Positions 29,368 to 38,295 of a DNA stretch of 63,615 nt are shown in pieces. Where the stretch lies: IMG/VR virus record IMGVR_UViG_3300016471_001057, positions 1 through 63,615 of that record. One strand, written 5' to 3'. Each line of letters begins with the position of its first letter. Within the stretch, counting starts at the first letter, position 1. A model generated the notes under the pieces. The model was not told the DNA's origin. It saw only the letters and a list, made by a program, of their open reading frames with translations, and did no database searches. The DNA is from a virus. Lineage: Duplodnaviria; Caudoviricetes. The position numbers and the translations under genes are program-made.

Positions 29368-30784
29368 AAAGTGTTTGTCTTTTTAATTGATGTCGCTTAC
29401 CGTAGGTTAGTTGATCAGCAATATCAAGAATATATAAACGTTCCTTTGCCTGGTGTAGACGGAGACCCCGGCCTATGCTTTGAATAATCTTAATCTTAGC
29501 TTTACCGCCTCCAGCAAAAATAATAAAATGTAGATTCTTAATATTAATACCGGTACTAAAAATTTTACTTATTGCCACACACACTACGTTATTATGCTTT
29601 TCCATTAATTCTTTAATTTTTTCTCTATCCTTCACCTCCACCTCGCCTCTAATAAAGTACACTTGCTTACGTGAACAAAGCTGTGAAAGTGTATCGTACA
29701 GTACAGTTCCGTGCTTAATAAAATCAATTAATATGAGTACATTATTGGGTGCATTATTACATAGAGAAGCAATAACTTTGTTTCTAAATTTATTATCAAA
29801 CAAAAACTCTAATTCAGCCTTATATTTCTCTGTAGGATTGAGAACACTTGCACTAACTTGCGGAGGATTCTCATATAATAATTCCAATACATTAGCTGTA
29901 ACATTTGAAATATATTGTTCTTTTCGAAGCTGAAAACTATTTTTCTCATAAATTATCGGTCCTATCTTTCCAATTATATTCCATTGATCGAGCTTATCCT
30001 CGGGCATAGTACCCGTAAATCCAAATCGAATATTTGTAGTAATATTTTTAAGAATTTTATTAATTTGATTGCCTCTACGTGCTTTATGGATTTCATCAAA
30101 TACTAATACATCTATATGCTCAATCCAAGATAAATCAGACTTTTCAGATTGTAAAATACCAAGATTGGCAATAATAACATTAGCACTTAAATCTAGACTA
30201 TCATTACCAGTCCATTTGCTTACAAAAAACGGTACATTGTATGATTTGAAATCGTTGTATGTCTGGGAAACTAGCCCAAGGTCTGGTACAATTAATAAAC
30301 ACTTAAATTGTTTATTCATACAAAAGAAATTTGATAAAAGCGATGCAGTAATTAGTGTCTTTCCACCGGCAGTTGCCAGCACCACAACACCGCGACCGGT
30401 TTCAAGACATTTTGTTACAATTGCTTTTTGGTAGTCCCTTAATTTAAGGGATAAATTATCGTAAGGTTGGTTATTATAAAGAATATTTTTATGATAGCTT
30501 GACGGGCCCGGGAGAATAGCGTCGAGAAAATCCCGGGATGCACGGATTTCATCTTGCTGGCAATAGTTATTTTGCAAAAGAAAGCGAGTTATATCAAAAA
30601 ATAAACATGGATCGACCTTACCGGCTGGAGTTATGGCATAAGTACGAGAAGGAATAAATCTTCCTCTTAATCTTGCAAACCGAGCTCCTTCATTTTTAAT
30701 GGAGAAATGTTCGCGTATATCGTTAAAGTGATCCCCAGTAATAATACCAATCTTTTTATTTTTATCTAAATCAAAATAAACCAT
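29318..30784 (-). CDS. uvsW: SF2 helicase UvsW
   Basis: LRDYQ, ATAGGKT, DEIH, GFTGT, STGINIKNLH, QSIGRGLR. Confidence 0.95.
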   Translation of the reverse strand: MVYFDLDKNKKIGIITGDHFNDIREHFSIKNEGARFARLRGRFIPSRTYAITPAGKVDPCLFFDITRFLLQNNYCQQDEIRASRDFLDAILPGPSSYHKNILYNNQPYDNLSLKLRDYQKAIVTKCLETGRGVVVLATAGGKTLITASLLSNFFCMNKQFKCLLIVPDLGLVSQTYNDFKSYNVPFFVSKWTGNDSLDLSANVIIANLGILQSEKSDLSWIEHIDVLVFDEIHKARRGNQINKILKNITTNIRFGFTGTMPEDKLDQWNIIGKIGPIIYEKNSFQLRKEQYISNVTANVLELLYENPPQVSASVLNPTEKYKAELEFLFDNKFRNKVIASLCNNAPNNVLILIDFIKHGTVLYDTLSQLCSRKQVYFIRGEVEVKDREKIKELMEKHNNVVCVAISKIFSTGINIKNLHFIIFAGGGKAKIKIIQSIGRGLRLHQAKERLYILDIADQLTYGKRHQLKRQTLYEQENIPYQTKKISER

Positions 30785-31179
30785 TAAGTTGTCTCCATCT
30801 TAATTAGTTCCACTAAATTTTTTACATCAAAGCTAATACTATGCATAGTTTTATCAACTCGCTCTAAAAAGTCTACAATATGTTTTTGTAAATTAATTTC
30901 CTGATCTATAGATGCAACTAGAGGGTGTCGTTCAGCGGCCTTCTCTAGTGTAGGAGTAGTAAGCCGGATACTAGATTCCTCCCGTATTTCTGAAACAGCA
31001 GTTTTTAGGGCTTCTTCTCTCTTCTTATACATTCCATTTAAATTGTTTTTCTCTATAATTAACCGAGACACCCATTTAGCTTTCTTTGCTGGCAGCATTA
31101 AGGCAGCTTCCTTTAAATTTAATTCATCTAGAACTACATCTACTTCAAGTTCTTTAATATATTTCTCTAGCACCGTCAT
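30784..31179 (-). CDS. uvsY: Recombination mediator UvsY-like protein
   Basis: 131-aa helical protein upstream of uvsW; C-terminal SFDVKNLVE resembles UvsY. Confidence 0.75.
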   Translation of the reverse strand: MTVLEKYIKELEVDVVLDELNLKEAALMLPAKKAKWVSRLIIEKNNLNGMYKKREEALKTAVSEIREESSIRLTTPTLEKAAERHPLVASIDQEINLQKHIVDFLERVDKTMHSISFDVKNLVELIKMETT

Positions 31180-31217
31180 AAATACAAGTATAGTATAGAA
31201 GTACTAATAATCAAGAT

Positions 31218-31433
31218 ATGAGAACATTTAAACAGTTTGTATATAACGAGGATAACGTTGCAGGTGCAGGCGGGGTATTCGGCACCGCCTCAAGTATGGG
31301 ACACGGCGGGGCGTTTGGAAATTCAGATTTTTATGCCCCCGGTGACACAAGAATCCCTACACCTTTGGGGGCAAAAAAAGTTGGCAAAAAAAAGAAAATA
31401 GTTGTACAGAGAAGACCTTTAGTAAGTAATTGA
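31218..31433 (+). CDS. Small Gly-rich/basic protein with T4 IP-like leader
   Basis: MRTFKQFVYNE N-terminus; ATAAATA at 31178-31184. Confidence 0.65.
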   Translation: MRTFKQFVYNEDNVAGAGGVFGTASSMGHGGAFGNSDFYAPGDTRIPTPLGAKKVGKKKKIVVQRRPLVSN

Positions 31434-31861
31434 TGGACTTGGGTCATTGGTCTTTGGCCGAAAATACTGTATTAACCGAAAATACTTTTGGTTTTGTATA
31501 TGAAATAGGCAATACAGTTACTGGCAAGAAATACATTGGAAAAAAACAATGCTTAACAAAATATGCTAAAAAGCCTTTAAAGGGTAAGAAGAATAGACGT
31601 ATTGAAATGAAGGAATCAGATTGGAAGACATATACAGGGTCGTCCAAAGAATTAAATGATGATATTCAAAAGTATGGAAAGGAGAAATTTACGTTTAAGA
31701 TACTATATACATGCGACTCAAAATGGGAACTCGGATACCGTGAAATAAAAGAGCAGATTGAAAAGGATGCTATTTTAAGAGACGATTATTATAACGGTAT
31801 ATTGAATGTCCGAATAGGTACGCCGCCAGAAAGTTTCTTATTGAAGAACAAATTGAAATAA
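31433..31861 (+). CDS. GIY-YIG nuclease (endonuclease II/Seg-like, single domain)
   Basis: GFVY..KKYIGKK..ESDWKTYTGSS..E..YYN. Confidence 0.88.
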   Translation: MDLGHWSLAENTVLTENTFGFVYEIGNTVTGKKYIGKKQCLTKYAKKPLKGKKNRRIEMKESDWKTYTGSSKELNDDIQKYGKEKFTFKILYTCDSKWELGYREIKEQIEKDAILRDDYYNGILNVRIGTPPESFLLKNKLK

Positions 31862-31875
31862 TATATAATAGGTAT

Positions 31876-32409
31876 GTGAAGGATGAGTACTATATTGATG
31901 CACTGTCTTTAAAAATTATTGATCTAGAATTCTTAATAAACAATATTATAGAAAAAGAAGTAGAAGAAGACAATTACAAATACCGGTTACAAAATAAGCC
32001 CTCTTTAATTAAAAAATTCATAGCGTATAGACTCTGCAGTCAGATAATTCAAACAGTACAGAATAACAATAACAAAAAAATTATCTTTTATTTCAATGAA
32101 AATCTTAAACTTGAATTCTTGAATGATTATTTTCACTATATTAAGTTGACTTTACAGCAGCTTTCAAAAATACTTTCATTTAATGTCTTTTATAATATTT
32201 TGAAAATAAATGAGTTACAAAAATTATTAAGCTTAACTACTGGCGAAAGTAAAGAAATTAAAGTAAGGTTGCTAGCTCTTGCTTATAGAACAAAATTAAT
32301 ACCAAATATTACTAAATTTAATAAATTTTTAGAAAAAAACGGAATACATAGATTAGATAATAATCCAGCAGAAAGTTATAAGATTAGATTAGGGTTGTTT
32401 ATAGCATAA
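31876..32409 (+). CDS. Hypothetical protein
   Basis: GTG 6 nt after TATAAT (31864-31869); very AT-rich. Confidence 0.6.
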   Translation: MKDEYYIDALSLKIIDLEFLINNIIEKEVEEDNYKYRLQNKPSLIKKFIAYRLCSQIIQTVQNNNNKKIIFYFNENLKLEFLNDYFHYIKLTLQQLSKILSFNVFYNILKINELQKLLSLTTGESKEIKVRLLALAYRTKLIPNITKFNKFLEKNGIHRLDNNPAESYKIRLGLFIA

Positions 32410-32417
32410 ATAACTAG

Positions 32418-32795
32418 ATGAAGTTTCTAGATAATCTGGCCAAACAATATCAAGCTTATAATCTCGATAAACCACAATGGCTTAAAGAGTATACAGACCC
32501 GGTAATTGCTACTTCCCCCGGCGCAGTAGTACCACAGGCAGGGGGTGCCTCTACTGGATCAGTAGTTGATGCACTTATGAAAGCCGTAAAAACTGTTGGT
32601 CTTGATACTGACCCAGATGTCAAAAAAGTTAAAGATACTGTTGCTCAAAAAGTAGCAGATGCAAAAAAACAAATTGTAGATAAAGCTACAAAAACAGTTG
32701 ACACTATAACAAAGGCAGTGCAAACATTAAACCAAGCTTCTGGTTCTGCAGGTCAAGCTGCTACCGGTACTATTCCTGCCACTCCTGTTAAATGA
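32418..32795 (+). CDS. Hypothetical late protein
   Basis: ATAAATA at 32406-32412; leader ends in WLKE. Confidence 0.65.
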   Translation: MKFLDNLAKQYQAYNLDKPQWLKEYTDPVIATSPGAVVPQAGGASTGSVVDALMKAVKTVGLDTDPDVKKVKDTVAQKVADAKKQIVDKATKTVDTITKAVQTLNQASGSAGQAATGTIPATPVK

Positions 32796-33154
32796 AATTT
32801 TTAGAATTAATTGAAAAGAAATATTCTGAACTAAACGAACAGGTACCTGGTGAAGTACCTCCGGTTGATCCTATGGCACAAATTCCCCCACCGCCTGTAC
32901 CACCAGCTCCAGAAGCTGCTCCAGCAGCTGCCCCAGAACAAAAGCCATTAACCCCGGAAGGTGAAGTATTTTTGGTAAGACTTCTAAGAAAAGCATTGTT
33001 TATGAATCCTGGTGACTTGGACGAAAAAGTTCTTAAGGATTTACCCGAAGTTAACGAAACTAATGCATCCGATGTACTTAACTCAATAGTTGAAATTATG
33101 AAGAAGTATTCTAATACTATTGATGTCGTTACCAGTAAAGAAACTACTAAATAA
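32792..33154 (+). CDS. Hypothetical late protein, Pro-rich
   Basis: Leader MKFLELIEKKYSELNE; ATGA-coupled. Confidence 0.65.
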   Translation: MKFLELIEKKYSELNEQVPGEVPPVDPMAQIPPPPVPPAPEAAPAAAPEQKPLTPEGEVFLVRLLRKALFMNPGDLDEKVLKDLPEVNETNASDVLNSIVEIMKKYSNTIDVVTSKETTK

Positions 33155-33157
33155 CAA

Positions 33158-34372
33158 GTGGCTTATAAGAGTTTAAAGAATCTCTATCAAGAACATGTTC
33201 TTGGTATAAGTCTGCCTCCTCTTCCGCGGCAGGGCAGACGGGTATTAGTTGAAGAGGTTGTTAATATTTCTCCAACACCATGGCCTGAGTCTACTGCAGG
33301 TGTTCCTTTTTTTGTTGAGGACTTTAAAGACAATGCTAAGGAGGGTGAGGGGAATGGAGAGAGAAAGGTTGCGGCAATCTACCATCCAAGAATTCAGGGA
33401 GAATCAGATGAAAAATACATTGCAAGACTAGGTGAATTTGTTGCCGGTCAGAGTGTCTCGTACGATGTTAAGACAACAGAAGGTAATTTTGAAGTTAAAG
33501 AGATACCTAATAAAAAGGATGTACAAATTGCTAGACATGGACAAAAAGCAGAAAGTCTTATTGCCACCACAGTAATTGGGGTAATGAACTATTTAATTAA
33601 TGTTTATAATACGCTAGAAGTTGCAGCTCAAGACGAACTAAATACTTTCCTTAAAAGTAAATTTGAAGAAAAAAAGAATATACCTATAGACCCGGAATGG
33701 ACCTTAAAGCGATTTTGTGAAGATGTAAAAAATAATCCAAAAAACATAGGAAAGCAATTTCTACACCAACCAAAACTAACTAAGGCATTAAGAGGTGCTA
33801 GAAAAGGATTTACTGTAATGTCATTACAAGAATTGGAAACATACTTTGAAGAATTTTGTTTAAAATCACAAGCTAGTGAGCAACCAGCCCAACAACCAGT
33901 AAAACAATTAGGTGATAATGCTGAGAAGCTTTTTAAATTACTGGCGGATTTATACCTACCTAAAACTGCCAACCCGGAAATTATTTCAGCAAAAGAAAAA
34001 GATCTTGAAAAGCGGGCTGAGGATTTAGATAGAGAATTAACCGCATTTAAGTGTGAATTGGCGCCAGGGGAATGCAGAAATCATAATTGGTTTTGTGCAA
34101 TGTGGGACCGTATAAAAAAGACCCAAGTAATTCAACAAATTAAAGATATGTTGGTAGGTCAAAATAGCTTGGTAGAGGATTTATTTCCAAGAGATGTTAC
34201 TGGTTTATATATAGTAACAGCTAATACATTTGAATTTATACCACGGAACGCTTTAAAACAATATATTTACATAACTACTTTGGCTGGCAGAGGAGTTAAA
34301 ATTGGTCGTCTTAGTGACAAACAGCAAATAGATAATGCTCCCGAAGAAGGTGAAGAGGATGAAACCGTTTAA
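33158..34372 (+). CDS. Late protein with PD-(D/E)xK-like nuclease motif
   Basis: GNGE...SYDVKTTEGNFEVKE; GTG 4 nt after CTAAATA (33147-33153). Confidence 0.55.
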   Translation: MAYKSLKNLYQEHVLGISLPPLPRQGRRVLVEEVVNISPTPWPESTAGVPFFVEDFKDNAKEGEGNGERKVAAIYHPRIQGESDEKYIARLGEFVAGQSVSYDVKTTEGNFEVKEIPNKKDVQIARHGQKAESLIATTVIGVMNYLINVYNTLEVAAQDELNTFLKSKFEEKKNIPIDPEWTLKRFCEDVKNNPKNIGKQFLHQPKLTKALRGARKGFTVMSLQELETYFEEFCLKSQASEQPAQQPVKQLGDNAEKLFKLLADLYLPKTANPEIISAKEKDLEKRAEDLDRELTAFKCELAPGECRNHNWFCAMWDRIKKTQVIQQIKDMLVGQNSLVEDLFPRDVTGLYIVTANTFEFIPRNALKQYIYITTLAGRGVKIGRLSDKQQIDNAPEEGEEDETV

Positions 34373-34988
34373 TGAATTTGTTAAGAAGGGTAATACCTCT
34401 ATAGGGTTATTTCCGGGTGCTTTTAAACCTCCACATAAAGGTCATTTTGAAACTGTAAAGCGAGCGGCTTTAGAAAACAATAAGGTTGTAGTATTAATTT
34501 CAGCGATTGACAGGGACAGAATAACGGTAGCAAATTCATCTGCAATATGGAATATATATAAACCATATTTGCCAAAAAATGTTACTATGCAGGTTGTTGG
34601 TGGTTCCCCGGTAACTGCAATATATCAGATTGTCGATATACTTAATAACGGCCAATTTACCCCTACCTCAAGATCTGCTGCACCTCTTCCAGACGCACAA
34701 TCTATAGGAGATACTCTTCTAACTGAAAAACTACCTACCAGCATCAAGTTATATGCTAGTAAAGAAGACATGGGAAGATACAATGCGTTTTTTGAACCTG
34801 AAAAGTCGAGAATATACAAAGGTAGAAATGTTTCAAATATAGAAAAAGGTGAGGTCGTAAGAATTGCGTCGGCAACAGAAGCTAGACAAGCATTAAAAGA
34901 AAAAAACTATGAAAAATTTCAAACATATTTACCGAAGATTACAAAGGAAGATAAATTACAAGTCTATAAAATGCTAACCCATGAATAA
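34359..34988 (+). CDS. HIGH-motif nucleotidyltransferase (cytidyltransferase-like)
   Basis: LFPGAFKPPHKGH and SATEARQAL; start revised to ATG at 34359 (MKPFNEFVK, GAGG upstream). Confidence 0.85.
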   Translation: MKPFNEFVKKGNTSIGLFPGAFKPPHKGHFETVKRAALENNKVVVLISAIDRDRITVANSSAIWNIYKPYLPKNVTMQVVGGSPVTAIYQIVDILNNGQFTPTSRSAAPLPDAQSIGDTLLTEKLPTSIKLYASKEDMGRYNAFFEPEKSRIYKGRNVSNIEKGEVVRIASATEARQALKEKNYEKFQTYLPKITKEDKLQVYKMLTHE

Positions 34989-36318
34989 TTTTAAAGAATT
35001 TTTAGTTAAAGAGAATAATATTGTTCTTGAGCAAGACGAGCATTTAAAGACTCATCTCTCCCATATCGAAGATTTAGCTATTGAAGAAGGTACAGCAGGC
35101 TTTGCCAAATTCTTGCAACATATAGAAGAAATAACCAAAAAACTACAAGGGTTTGAAACTAATCAAGAAATAAATGCCAAAATCGATGGGAGCCCCATGA
35201 TAATTTTTGGATACGATCCAAGACCGCAATATAAAAAAGCATTTTTCGTTGCGTTAAAAAGTGGGTTAAGTCCAACTAACCCTAAAATAATACATAATGA
35301 GAAAGAGCTGCAGCAATTTTATGGAAATGAAGAAACCTTACGAGCTAAATTAGATAATCTTTTAAAATATTTACCACAGGCTTATGATGGCTCTGGCAAA
35401 ATATACCAAGGTGATGTCTTATTCTCTGTACCTTCCGATAAAACTACAGTTAAAATTGGTGAAGAAACCTTTATTGCTTTTAAGCCTAATGTTATTGTAT
35501 ATGCTGTACCTCTTGACCTCCAGAGTGAATTAAGCAATAAAATTCAAAACGCAGAAGTAGGGGTAATTATTCATGAGTCTTTTACTGGTACCCCTATTAA
35601 TGAAAATAAGGCTATAAAATTAACCTCAGCCGGGCGTAATGTACAGAATTTAATTAATAATAGTAAAGGCACCAAAGTCTTCTTAGAGAGCAGCAATTAT
35701 AGTCAAGTGAGGATTAATATACCAGATGCTATACTCAAAAAAATTCGTGCGGCAACAGCAAAGGCCACTATGCATATTAATGGAATAGACCCAGCATTTA
35801 ACAATACATATACTTCAAGCCCAGTGCTATCATTGTTAAAAATCTTTCTCAATAAACAGGTTGATATCGCCCCGCGGGGAATATTTGGCGCAGCTGCAAG
35901 GGGTGAAGATTTTGTAGTGAGTAATTTTATAAAAGAATTTAGAGAGTTTTTAATCTCTAGGTATAATAAAGAAAAAGAGACAAAGAAAACTCCTGGAGGA
36001 AAAACTAAAGTAGAATCGAGATTAAATGAAGTTCTTAATTTTCTAGAAACTAATAAAGATAATTTTAACAATTTAATATTAGGCACGTACTATATGACTA
36101 GTGCAAAATATAGCCTTTTGGAGGCATTATCTATCATGGAAACCAAATTAGGTAAAAAATTTATCCATAATCCAGATGGATCTTTTACTACCACAAAAGA
36201 TGAAGGGTATGTTTTATTTGTAGGTACCAATCACGTAAAAATAGTAGACCGGTTGGAATTTACTAAAATTAATAGAGCTATAGGCGGAAAAAGACGAACA
36301 GCCCTGGCTGCAGCTTAA
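34981..36318 (+). CDS. Ligase-superfamily nucleotidyltransferase (DUF6267-like)
   Basis: THLSHIEDL, motif I KIDGSP, QGDVLF, FKPN, motif IV DEGYVL, motif V VKIVDRLEF. Confidence 0.75.
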   Translation: MNNFKEFLVKENNIVLEQDEHLKTHLSHIEDLAIEEGTAGFAKFLQHIEEITKKLQGFETNQEINAKIDGSPMIIFGYDPRPQYKKAFFVALKSGLSPTNPKIIHNEKELQQFYGNEETLRAKLDNLLKYLPQAYDGSGKIYQGDVLFSVPSDKTTVKIGEETFIAFKPNVIVYAVPLDLQSELSNKIQNAEVGVIIHESFTGTPINENKAIKLTSAGRNVQNLINNSKGTKVFLESSNYSQVRINIPDAILKKIRAATAKATMHINGIDPAFNNTYTSSPVLSLLKIFLNKQVDIAPRGIFGAAARGEDFVVSNFIKEFREFLISRYNKEKETKKTPGGKTKVESRLNEVLNFLETNKDNFNNLILGTYYMTSAKYSLLEALSIMETKLGKKFIHNPDGSFTTTKDEGYVLFVGTNHVKIVDRLEFTKINRAIGGKRRTALAAA

Positions 36319-36836
36319 CTCTTATCTTCTTGTAACGGGGTAAGAGCCTCTAAACTAAAGATAGCCTGTCTGATAACACTTTCAACAACTTCCTTGCTTT
36401 CACCGTGTAGCATTTGACGTACTTTTGCAACAATATTTCCCTCATGCCCTCCTGAATCTACATTAAACTCACCATCTTTCTTAAAGTTTTCATAATCTAG
36501 GTAATGACGAACACCGTCAAGATAACTTGCAGCAACAGTTATTTTACTAAAAACCCAGGGCTCAATGTCTGAAGACTTACTAATTAAATCATATAATTCT
36601 TTTGCAGCTTTGTGAATTTTAAAAAGTTCTGCCTTAGCCATTGAAGATTCAGACTCAGATTCATCAGTATGAATATCTTCACAATCTTCAGGTTTCTCAC
36701 TTACCGACACAGTGGTAGGATTATTTGGTGTCGGTACCGTAGATCTACCATCCCCGGGTGTAAACCCGCCGAGCTCATTAACAATCATATTTTCATAAGC
36801 TTCAGATAATTGGACGAGATCTTTTTTTCTGTTCAT
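36315..36836 (-). CDS. Hypothetical late protein
   Basis: CTAAATA at 36843-36849; leader ..LSEAYENMIVNE; helical MAKAEL..EPWVFSKIT.A..YL segment. Confidence 0.7.
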   Translation of the reverse strand: MNRKKDLVQLSEAYENMIVNELGGFTPGDGRSTVPTPNNPTTVSVSEKPEDCEDIHTDESESESSMAKAELFKIHKAAKELYDLISKSSDIEPWVFSKITVAASYLDGVRHYLDYENFKKDGEFNVDSGGHEGNIVAKVRQMLHGESKEVVESVIRQAIFSLEALTPLQEDKS

Positions 36837-36867
36837 TTTTATTATTTAGTCTTGATAAATAATTGAT

Positions 36868-37272
36868 ATGCGGTCGTTTAAACAATTTTTTTATGAACAA
36901 ATACTAGGTCTATTTGAAGGTATTACTATACAACATGTTGGAACGGTAAAAGCTAAGGTAGATACCGGTAATAGCGCACATAATGTCTTACACGCTATTA
37001 ACATTAAAACAGATGGTAAAAAGGTTTCTTTTGATACTGTGCACGAAAAACACCTAATATTACCAGTAGTTGAAAGTATCGTTATTCATATAGGAAGTGG
37101 AAATAAAGAAGATAGACCGGTAGTTGAATTAGATTGTAGTATCGGAACAAAACAATTTAACAAAGTACCTTTCAGCCTGGCAGACAGAAGTGAAAATGAT
37201 ACACCGGTTTTATTAGGAGAAAAATTTATTAAAATGAATGGCGGGGTTGTAAATTTAAATATTAACAACTAA
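36868..37272 (+). CDS. Retropepsin-like aspartyl protease (RimK-associated / PF05618-like)
   Basis: AKVDTGN, LHA..I, EDRPVV.L, FSLADRS, VLLG; leader MRSFKQFFYE. Confidence 0.85.
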   Translation: MRSFKQFFYEQILGLFEGITIQHVGTVKAKVDTGNSAHNVLHAINIKTDGKKVSFDTVHEKHLILPVVESIVIHIGSGNKEDRPVVELDCSIGTKQFNKVPFSLADRSENDTPVLLGEKFIKMNGGVVNLNINN

Positions 37273-37574
37273 ACCCAATCGACTTTAAAACCGTATTTAA
37301 ATTTTTTGCATTAATACAATTAACTACACAAATGGTTGGATCATAATTAAAATCTGTATCGATTCTCATACCTACCTCCTCTCCAGGTCTTAAAATATCA
37401 TCAACAAAATCTAGTATACCACATCTCTTTAGATATCTGTAATAAGGATCTTTTGGTTCGACCTCTACAATAATATTATAATGACAAAAAGTATGAGCAA
37501 AAAGTGTAAGGTCTCTGAAACACGACGGGCTAGTCGGGGGATTTATTATCTCACCTCTTATAATGAGATTACAC
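37262..37574 (-). pseudogene. Unannotated 102-codon frame with its expected GTG start one base out of frame
   Basis: CTAAATA(37579-37585)-atta-GTG-T-AAT-CTC-ATT...; the frame NLIIRGEIINPP...SIGFSC* (37262-37570) exactly fills the gap. Confidence 0.6.
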
Positions 37575-37585
37575 TAATTATTTAG

Positions 37586-38242
37586 TCAGATTAGTTTACG
37601 ATTTTGTGCAAATTCAATAAACTTATAAAATTCATTTCTTGAATTATCCTTATCATCGAGAAACGCCCCAGACATTCTAGCTGTTCGCATTGTACTGTCA
37701 TGGCGAATGCCGCGGTTAGAGCAGCAAGTGTGTGCGGCTTCAATCATAACTGCCACTCCTTTATTCTTCTCGCAAACCTCATCAATATATTTGTGAATTT
37801 GCATTGTCAGGTTTTCTTGAACCTGGGGTCGACGAGAAAACCAATCTACAATACGATTTAATTTACTAAGACCAATTACCTTACCGTCTTTTGCAGGTAT
37901 ATATGCAACGTGGGCAAATCCCATAAACGGTGCATGATGATGTGAGCATAGCGAGGTAACTTTAATATTAGTCTGCGCAACAATACCGTCATATAAATCA
38001 ACATTATCAAAAGCTGTTACTTTTGGAGGATGACTATAACAACCCCATGCAAAATCTTCAACAAACGCTTTAGCTACTCTATGCGGGGTATTAGCACTAT
38101 TTGGATCATTTCTCCAATCATATCCTAAAGCATCCATATAAGCCTCATAAGCTTTTGCAGCTTTTTCTATAATTTCGTGCTTTTCCTCTTCAGTTACAGG
38201 GTGGTTATGGTTGGCAAATTGTAAATTACGCTTTCTAGACAT
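37586..38242 (-). CDS. folE: GTP cyclohydrolase I
   Basis: TPHRVAK, SLCSHH, GLSKLNR, RPQVQE.LT, H.C...RG. Confidence 0.97.
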   Translation of the reverse strand: MSRKRNLQFANHNHPVTEEEKHEIIEKAAKAYEAYMDALGYDWRNDPNSANTPHRVAKAFVEDFAWGCYSHPPKVTAFDNVDLYDGIVAQTNIKVTSLCSHHHAPFMGFAHVAYIPAKDGKVIGLSKLNRIVDWFSRRPQVQENLTMQIHKYIDEVCEKNKGVAVMIEAAHTCCSNRGIRHDSTMRTARMSGAFLDDKDNSRNEFYKFIEFAQNRKLI

Positions 38243-38295
38243 AAGAGAATTATAACAGTATTCTCATATAATCAAGATTAAATAACACGTAATCT

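Noticed and set aside
34359-34988. NAD+ reconstitution (NARP-type) pathway
   Set aside because: The HIGH enzyme could be NMNAT-like, but no NAMPT/Namat or PRPP-synthetase-like partner is in the window.
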